Source of the DNA: Gemmatimonadales bacterium
GTDB lineage: Bacteria > Gemmatimonadota > Gemmatimonadetes > Gemmatimonadales > GWC2-71-9
DNA: 64,000 nt
Assembly (NCBI GenBank): GCA_037189525.1
Contig: JBBCJC010000003.1
Location: 256,001 to 320,000 of the forward strand
Reading direction: 5' to 3'
The position numbers and the translations under genes were made by a program. Of this stretch, positions 58,334-64,000 are shown piece by piece (position 1 is the first letter of the stretch; each line of letters starts with the position of its first letter). The notes under the pieces were generated by a model. That model was not told where the DNA came from. It was given only the letters and a program-made list of their open reading frames with translations, and did no database searches.

Positions 58334-60835
58334 ATGAACCGTCGAATCCTTTCCGCCGTGGGCGGCGTCCTGCTGCTCGGCTTGGCCGGCATTGCTGCCG
58401 TACGAGGGGCAGGGCCGTTGCCGCCGCTTGGCCCGCTACTCGATCCGGCTCACGGAGTCTGGGCCACGGCAAGGGCCGCGCTGCCGCTCGGCAATCGCAC
58501 CATCAAGGCCCGGATCTTCGAGGGCGAGGTCCAGGCTGTCGTGGACCCGCGTGGTGTGCCCCACATCTATGCCGAACACGAGCTGGACGCGTACCGCGCG
58601 CTCGGATATCTGGTGGCGCGGGATCGCCTGTTTCAGCTCGAACTCCAAACCCGCGCGGCCGCCGGCACCCTGACGGAACTGGTCGGCGACCGCGCCCTCT
58701 CGGCCGATCGCGAATCGCGGCGATTCGGCTTCGGACGCCTGGTCGAGCGCCGTCTGGCGGCGGTCGACAGCCAGAGCGGGGCGTTCCGCGCCATGACGGC
58801 CTACGCCGAAGGGGTCAACGCCTGGATCGGATCGATGCGCCCGGGAGACATCCCCCTGGAGTATCGCTTGCTGGGCAAGACGCCGGCTCGATGGGACACC
58901 CGGAATACCTACTTCCTGTTGGCCCGGATGGCGCTGATGCTCGCGTATAACGATCCGTCGATCGTGAAAACGCGCGCTGCGGCACGAATCGGCTGGCCGG
59001 CTGCGGAGGCGTTGTTTCCGGTCGAAGCGCCGATCCAGGAACCGATTCAGCCCAACCCCGGCGATACGACCCGGGCCCGGTTCGATCCGATTCCACCACC
59101 GGGTCTCCCGGACTCGGCCGCGCGAACCCTGCTGGCCGGGTTCGACGCGCTGCCCCGATGGCTGGCCGGTGTACGCGGCAACGCCGAGGACGCCATCGGA
59201 AGTAACAACTGGGCGGTGGCGCCCTTCCGATCCGCCTCGGGCCGCGCACTCCTGGCCGGCGATCCGCACCTGGAGTTGTCACTCCCTTCGATCTGGTATC
59301 AGGCGCATCTGGTCGTTCCGGGCCAGCTCGACGTGGCGGGGGTGACCATGCCGGGTGCGCCCTGGGTCATCATCGGATTCAATCGCGATATTGCCTGGTC
59401 GTTCACGAACACCGGCGCCGACGTCAACGATTTCTATCGCGAAACCGTCGATGATGCCGGCAGCCCGACGACCTACCAGTTGGATGGGACCTGGCATCCG
59501 CTCGAGCTCCGGGTCGAAACCTATCGGTCGCCCGCCGGGGCAGTGCTGGCCACCGATACGGTGCGGTTCACCCATCGCGGTCCGCTCTGGCGGGTCGATG
59601 GCGGCTGGCTCTCGATGGCCTGGACGGTCTACCGCTCCGAAATGAACGGCGCCGAATTCCAGGCGATCGAGCGGGTGCGGTCGGTTCCGGAGTTCCTGGC
59701 GGCCACATCGGGGTTCTCGGTACCTGCGCAGAATATGCTGGTGGCCGATCGGCACGGCTCGATTGCAATCCGGTCGACCGGGACCTATCCGATCCGGCCG
59801 TATTCGGGGCGGGGCGATGTGATCCGCGACGGATCGCAGTCCGCGGCGGATTGGACCGCCAACCTACCGCCGGCTGAATATCCCTTTGCCCAGGATCCGC
59901 CGCAGGGGTTCCTCTCGTCGGCCAATCAGCAACCGGTCGATCCAGCCGCCAACGCGCGGTACTTCGGCGCCCACTGGTACAGCCCGTGGCGCGCCATGCG
60001 GATCAACGATTTGCTGCGCGGCGACCCCGCCGTGACGGCTGACGCGATGCGGCAGTGGCAGGTCGATCCCGGGAGCGCCCGGGCCGATGCATTCATGCCG
60101 TTCCTGCTTGGCATCGGCATGCCCGCTACCCGGCTTGCGGCGGCGCCGTCCAAGACGCAGGATGCGCGTGCGCTCCTGGCCGAGTGGGATCGGCGGTACA
60201 CCCTGACCAACACCGGTGCCGTCCTGTTCGAAGCGGTCATGGCGGAGCTGGCACGCCGGACCTGGGACGAACTCGCTGGCCCCGACAGTGTGGCTCGAGT
60301 GCCGGACGAGGCGCCCGTCAGGCCGGCCGACGCCCTCCTCCTGGGTCTCCTCAGGCAGCCGCAAAACAGCTGGTGGGACGATCGGCGCACCGCGGCCGCG
60401 GTCGAGACCCGGGACGAGATTCTCGAAGCGTCACTGGCCGCCGGCCTCGATTCGGTTGTCGCAAGGTACGGAGCCCCCGGCGACGCGTGGCAGTGGAACA
60501 AAGTGCATCATGCCAACATCAACCACTTGCTGCGCATTCCCGCCCTTTCGGCCCTGGGACTCGGCGTGGCTGGCGGCCCGAGCACGCTGAGTCCCACCAG
60601 CGGTCGCGGCACGTCCGGAGCTAGCTGGCGTATGGTGGTGGAGTTGGGGTCGGAAGTGCGTGCCTGGGGGATTTATCCGGGGGGACAATCCGGCAACCCG
60701 GTCAGCCGTCACTACCGGGATCAGCTGCCGGCGTGGCTGGGCGGACAGCTGGATTCCCTGGTCGTACCGGCCACGATCGATCAGTTCCCGGCCGAAGTGC
60801 CGAGTCGCCTGGTCTTCACGGGAGGCAGCCGATGA
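58334..60835 (+). CDS. Penicillin acylase family (S45) Ntn hydrolase
   Basis: N-terminal anchor; RGVPHIYA, ARDRLFQ, GSNNWAV (catalytic Ser), AGDPHL, SANQ, PGGQSGNP. Confidence 0.93.
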   Translation: MNRRILSAVGGVLLLGLAGIAAVRGAGPLPPLGPLLDPAHGVWATARAALPLGNRTIKARIFEGEVQAVVDPRGVPHIYAEHELDAYRALGYLVARDRLFQLELQTRAAAGTLTELVGDRALSADRESRRFGFGRLVERRLAAVDSQSGAFRAMTAYAEGVNAWIGSMRPGDIPLEYRLLGKTPARWDTRNTYFLLARMALMLAYNDPSIVKTRAAARIGWPAAEALFPVEAPIQEPIQPNPGDTTRARFDPIPPPGLPDSAARTLLAGFDALPRWLAGVRGNAEDAIGSNNWAVAPFRSASGRALLAGDPHLELSLPSIWYQAHLVVPGQLDVAGVTMPGAPWVIIGFNRDIAWSFTNTGADVNDFYRETVDDAGSPTTYQLDGTWHPLELRVETYRSPAGAVLATDTVRFTHRGPLWRVDGGWLSMAWTVYRSEMNGAEFQAIERVRSVPEFLAATSGFSVPAQNMLVADRHGSIAIRSTGTYPIRPYSGRGDVIRDGSQSAADWTANLPPAEYPFAQDPPQGFLSSANQQPVDPAANARYFGAHWYSPWRAMRINDLLRGDPAVTADAMRQWQVDPGSARADAFMPFLLGIGMPATRLAAAPSKTQDARALLAEWDRRYTLTNTGAVLFEAVMAELARRTWDELAGPDSVARVPDEAPVRPADALLLGLLRQPQNSWWDDRRTAAAVETRDEILEASLAAGLDSVVARYGAPGDAWQWNKVHHANINHLLRIPALSALGLGVAGGPSTLSPTSGRGTSGASWRMVVELGSEVRAWGIYPGGQSGNPVSRHYRDQLPAWLGGQLDSLVVPATIDQFPAEVPSRLVFTGGSR

Positions 60836-61203
60836 TGCTGCTGTTCTTCTGGCTGCTGGTCACCGCCAACGCCGCCGGGTTCGGGACGCTGGCGGTAGGG
60901 TGGTGGGCGCTGGTCATCGTCGCGATCGTCGCGGGATTTGCGGCGCCCGAGCGGGCCCGGCCGCTGATGGCCGTTCCGCTCGGTGCGCTGCTGGGATGGG
61001 GTGTCCTGCTGGTTCGGAGCGCGCGGGTCGACAACTTCTCAACGCTGACGGGTCTGCTCGATCAGTTGCTGCCTGTTCCGAGTCCGGTGCTTGCCGTCAC
61101 GACGCTGCTGCTTGCCGTCGTGCTTGGCATCGGTGGAGCGCTGGTTGGGGCGGCCCTGCGTCGGGACGCCCCTTCGACCGGGCCGTCGATCAGCGCGTCG
61201 TGA
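60832..61203 (+). CDS. Small multi-pass membrane protein
   Basis: 123 aa, about 4 hydrophobic segments; ATGA overlap with the acylase. Confidence 0.7.
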   Translation: MMLLFFWLLVTANAAGFGTLAVGWWALVIVAIVAGFAAPERARPLMAVPLGALLGWGVLLVRSARVDNFSTLTGLLDQLLPVPSPVLAVTTLLLAVVLGIGGALVGAALRRDAPSTGPSISAS

Positions 61204-61621
61204 CCAGGATGGCGCCGCCGCCGTAATCGGTGCCGAACTTGGTGGTGGCGTTGGCGCCGTTCAGGTAGCGAATCTCCTTGATGGAAATCGCGCTGATCTG
61301 GCGCAACGTCTCGAGTTCGCCGTGCGGGCTCCCATCGAGGACCACCATCGGCTTGGGCGTGGCGTTGGCCGACGTGCCGCCCATCATGGTCGTCGCGCCG
61401 CGGGTCCGCAGGAAGGTGGGTCGCAGCCGCTGCACGATATCCATTCCGTTCGACGCCTGATTGCGAACCCCTTCGATCTCCTCGAGCGAGATCACGTCCG
61501 GATTCCGCTTCGGCTTTTTTTCTTCCTTGGCCTTCTGAGGTTGATCCTGCGCGACCGCCGGAAGAGCCGCCGCTGATGCGGTGAGGGCGGTGAGAACGAG
61601 GAGTGCGGCAAGTCGTGCCAT
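61190..61621 (-). CDS. Secreted stand-alone TonB-dependent-receptor plug-like domain protein
   Basis: Signal peptide; PMVVLDG...[35 protein letters not shown] matches the plug C-terminal pattern. Confidence 0.75.
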   Translation of the reverse strand: MARLAALLVLTALTASAAALPAVAQDQPQKAKEEKKPKRNPDVISLEEIEGVRNQASNGMDIVQRLRPTFLRTRGATTMMGGTSANATPKPMVVLDGSPHGELETLRQISAISIKEIRYLNGANATTKFGTDYGGGAILVTTR

Positions 61622-61657
61622 GACGGACCTCCGAGGTCGAGACTGAAAAACGTGACG

Positions 61658-62083
61658 TCAGGTCTTGGGAACGAAGAAGAGACCCGACACCCTATTTTGG
61701 CCGTCATAGGCGATTTGCGCAACAAGTTCGGCCTGCTCGAACGTCAGGGGGACCAGCACGACCCGCGCCGGGCCTTGTTCGACCACGCTGGCCGCCCCCG
61801 CGCTCTTGAATGCCCCGACTTGTGCCGTCAGCTGCTTCCAGGCCTCGGCGAGCTTGGCCGCCGGCAGGTGCACGGCCATGGTGGAATCCCAGGACGTCGT
61901 CGCCTGCTCGAACTCGCCGGTTCGAAGCTGTTCCACCAGGCGCTTGGCGCGTTCGATGAGATCCGGGTCCTGTCGGCTGACGGCCGCGGCTGGCCTGATG
62001 GGCTCGTGGCCCGCGAACGCGGCGGGGGAGACGGCCGCGCCGAGTCCGATGATGAGTGCGGCGGCAAGGATCGAGACGTTCAT
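61658..62083 (-). CDS. Secreted DUF3887-like protein
   Basis: Signal peptide; [46 protein letters not shown]. Confidence 0.7.
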   Translation of the reverse strand: MNVSILAAALIIGLGAAVSPAAFAGHEPIRPAAAVSRQDPDLIERAKRLVEQLRTGEFEQATTSWDSTMAVHLPAAKLAEAWKQLTAQVGAFKSAGAASVVEQGPARVVLVPLTFEQAELVAQIAYDGQNRVSGLFFVPKT

Positions 62084-62280
62084 GACGGCTCCGGCGATGA
62101 AGGGTCTGGCTCCGACGTTTCCTGCCCGCGCGGTCGCCCGCGCCCTGCCTGTGCAAGTGCCTGCTTAAGGGCGTATTCGATCTGCCCGTTCAGGCTGCGG
62201 AACTCATCCGCTGCCCAGCGCTGCAGACTTTCATGCAGCGCCGGGTCGATGCGGATCAGGACCGATTTGCGCTCCGCCAC
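62080..62280 (-). CDS. Arc/ribbon-helix-helix DNA-binding protein
   Basis: [35 protein letters not shown]. Confidence 0.85.
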   Translation of the reverse strand: MAERKSVLIRIDPALHESLQRWAADEFRSLNGQIEYALKQALAQAGRGRPRGQETSEPDPSSPEPS

Positions 62281-62289
62281 GATCGACGA

Positions 62290-63162
62290 TCAGTTGTACA
62301 GTGTGCCTGCGTTGACGACGGGCTGGGTTGCCCGTTCGCCGCACAGCACGACCAGCAGGTTCGACACCATGGCGGCCTTGCGCTCGTCGTCCAGCTCGAC
62401 CACCCCCCGCGCGGAGAGCATCTCGAGGGCGTTCTCGACCATTCCGACGGCACCTTCGACGATCTTGTACCGCGCCGCGACGATCGCCGCCGCCTGCTGC
62501 CGCTGGAGCATGGCCTGCGCAATTTCCTGGGCATACGCCAGGTGGCTGATCCGGGTTTCGAGGACATGCACCCCGGCCTTTTCGAGCCGGTCCTGCACGT
62601 GCGTCTCGAGCAGCTTGGCCACCTCGGCGGGACTGCCACTCAGCGACGCTTCGTCGCCGTGGGAGTCGTAGGGATACGAGGACGCCAGTTGCCGCAGCGC
62701 GGCTTCACTCTGGACCCGGACGAAGTTCTCGTAGTCGTCGACCTCAAACAGGGCATGGGCCGTTTCGACCACCTGCCAGACGACCACCGCGCCGATTTCG
62801 ATCGGGTTGGAGTGGCTGTCGTTCACCTTGAGCTTGGCGGTCTCGAAGTTCCGAACCCGGAGCGACAGCTTGTGTTTGACCGCAAAGGGATTGGTGAACC
62901 AGATCCCGGCAGTCTTACTCGAGCCGGTGTACCGGCCGAACAGGGTCAGCACGCGGGCCTCGTTCGGGTTCACCACGAAGATGCCGCCCATCAGGATCAG
63001 GGTGATTACGAACCCGATGACGCCGACCACCACGAGGGGTATGTTCGCCCTGGTAATCCCGGACACGAACGCCCAGCCAGCCCCACCGAGGGCCGCCAGC
63101 AACAGGACCAGCATGAGAAGTCCGGATGGAAGGTGTACTTCGCGTTCTTCGAATGTCGCCAT
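62290..63162 (-). CDS. SPFH (band 7) domain membrane protein
   Basis: Two [52 protein letters not shown]. Confidence 0.92.
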   Translation of the reverse strand: MATFEEREVHLPSGLLMLVLLLAALGGAGWAFVSGITRANIPLVVVGVIGFVITLILMGGIFVVNPNEARVLTLFGRYTGSSKTAGIWFTNPFAVKHKLSLRVRNFETAKLKVNDSHSNPIEIGAVVVWQVVETAHALFEVDDYENFVRVQSEAALRQLASSYPYDSHGDEASLSGSPAEVAKLLETHVQDRLEKAGVHVLETRISHLAYAQEIAQAMLQRQQAAAIVAARYKIVEGAVGMVENALEMLSARGVVELDDERKAAMVSNLLVVLCGERATQPVVNAGTLYN

Positions 63163-63181
63163 ATCGGGCGTCCAGGTTGGG

Positions 63182-63202
63182 GTGATACCGATATGATATC
63201 AC
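63182..63202. promoter_or_regulatory. Candidate RHH operator upstream of the SPFH operon
   Basis: GTGATA-N9-TATCAC containing TGATACCG-N3-TGATATCA. Confidence 0.6.
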
Positions 63203-63344
63203 TTTGCTATCCGAAGGTCAATCGAGCTGGTTTCCAACGTTTCAGGCCGTTTCCGAGTCCAAATGGTCCGAATACCTCGATGGGGACCTTTGTCTGGCTG
63301 CTGCCACTTTGCCTGTTAAGCCTGCGGTGTCGCTGCACCCTGCA

Positions 63345-63860
63345 GTGAACCCGACCGACGACGTGGCGCTGGCCGCGCGGGGAGACGCCGAGGCGTTCGA
63401 GCGGCTGTATCACGCGCATGTGGCCCGGGTCCATGCGCTGGCGCGGTGGCTGGTCGACGCGGGCGAGGTGGAGGACGCCGTGCAGGAAGTTTTCATCCGG
63501 GTCTGGCAGAAGATCGGCACCTTTGCCGGGCAGAGCGCCTTTGGGACCTGGCTCCACCGGGTGGCGGTCAACGCGATGCTCCGGCGCCGGCAGGTCGCGG
63601 GACGCCATCGGTCGCGCCACACCGGCGACGAACTGGTGCTCGACTCGATTGCCGCGCCGGCGCACCATCCGGATCTGCGGGTGGCTATCGAGCGGGCGGT
63701 GGACACCCTGCCTGCCGGAGCGCGAGAAATCTTCGTCCTCCATGACATGGAGGGGTTCAAGCATGATGAAATCGCGTCGCTCCTGGGGATCGACCCGGGA
63801 ACGTCGCGATCCCAGTTGCACCGGGCGCGCATGATGTTGCGTCGCGTCCTGGCGGCGTGA
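63345..63860 (+). CDS. ECF RNA polymerase sigma factor
   Basis: GDAEAFERLY, EDAVQEVF, FGTWLHRVAVN, LPAGAREIFVLHDMEGFKHDEIA, SRSQLHRAR; GTG 63345. Confidence 0.93.
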   Translation: MNPTDDVALAARGDAEAFERLYHAHVARVHALARWLVDAGEVEDAVQEVFIRVWQKIGTFAGQSAFGTWLHRVAVNAMLRRRQVAGRHRSRHTGDELVLDSIAAPAHHPDLRVAIERAVDTLPAGAREIFVLHDMEGFKHDEIASLLGIDPGTSRSQLHRARMMLRRVLAA

Positions 63861-63874
63861 GTGAGGAGGAACTG

Positions 63875-64000
63875 ATGAATGAATCGTTGCATGCCGAGTG
63901 GACCGACCTGTTGTCGGACTATCTCGACGACGAACTCGATGCCGTGACGCGACGTCGGGTGGCCGACCACTTGGCGGGGTGTGCCGCGTGCCGGGATGTG
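63875..64000 (+). CDS. zf-HC2 anti-sigma factor, N-terminus (truncated by window end)
   Basis: GAGGAGG RBS; MNESLHAEWTDLLSDYLDDEL...ADHLAGCAACRDV. Confidence 0.85.
   Translation, partial: MNESLHAEWTDLLSDYLDDELDAVTRRRVADHLAGCAACRDV

Noticed and set aside
58334..60835. Antibiotic resistance gene
   Set aside because: S45 acylases have broad amide substrates; nothing indicates beta-lactam resistance
62080..62280. Antitoxin of a toxin-antitoxin pair
   Set aside because: No toxin-like neighbour; flanked by SPFH and a secreted protein

Overview
High-GC bacterial chromosomal segment. The gene style (PadR plus ADOP permease, zf-HC2 anti-sigma/ECF pairs, several Hanks kinases, a plug-only secreted protein, alternative complex III) suggests Gemmatimonadota, which is inference only. 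It holds about 53 genes. Housekeeping and transport: PepF, infA, cspA, queC/queE/queF, speA, gltA, an acyl-CoA dehydrogenase, ferritin, pilT, trmJ, an actABCDEF alternative complex III operon, a TetR-TolC-MFP-RND-ABC efflux operon, a GntR regulator with two APC permeases, and an Ntn acylase. Highlights: (1) a four-gene overlapping sphingolipid operon (SPT, GNAT-type ceramide synthase, ceramide reductase, Aur1/IPC-synthase-like PAP2 enzyme), with a probable CTG start codon; (2) a secreted M6 metalloprotease with a C-terminal dockerin-like motif, coupled to a cohesin-like lipoprotein; (3) Rex-type boxes before both ACIII and a blue-copper lipoprotein; (4) several apparent pseudoenzymes (pseudokinase-kinase tandem, gamma-carbonic anhydrase lacking Zn ligands, degenerate HD and ADP-ribosylhydrolase folds); (5) a structured intergenic region that may be a decayed IS110 end with bridge-RNA-like architecture, next to a MITE-like inverted repeat. 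No rRNA, tRNA or CRISPR array was seen. All family calls come from motif recognition by eye; no searches were run.
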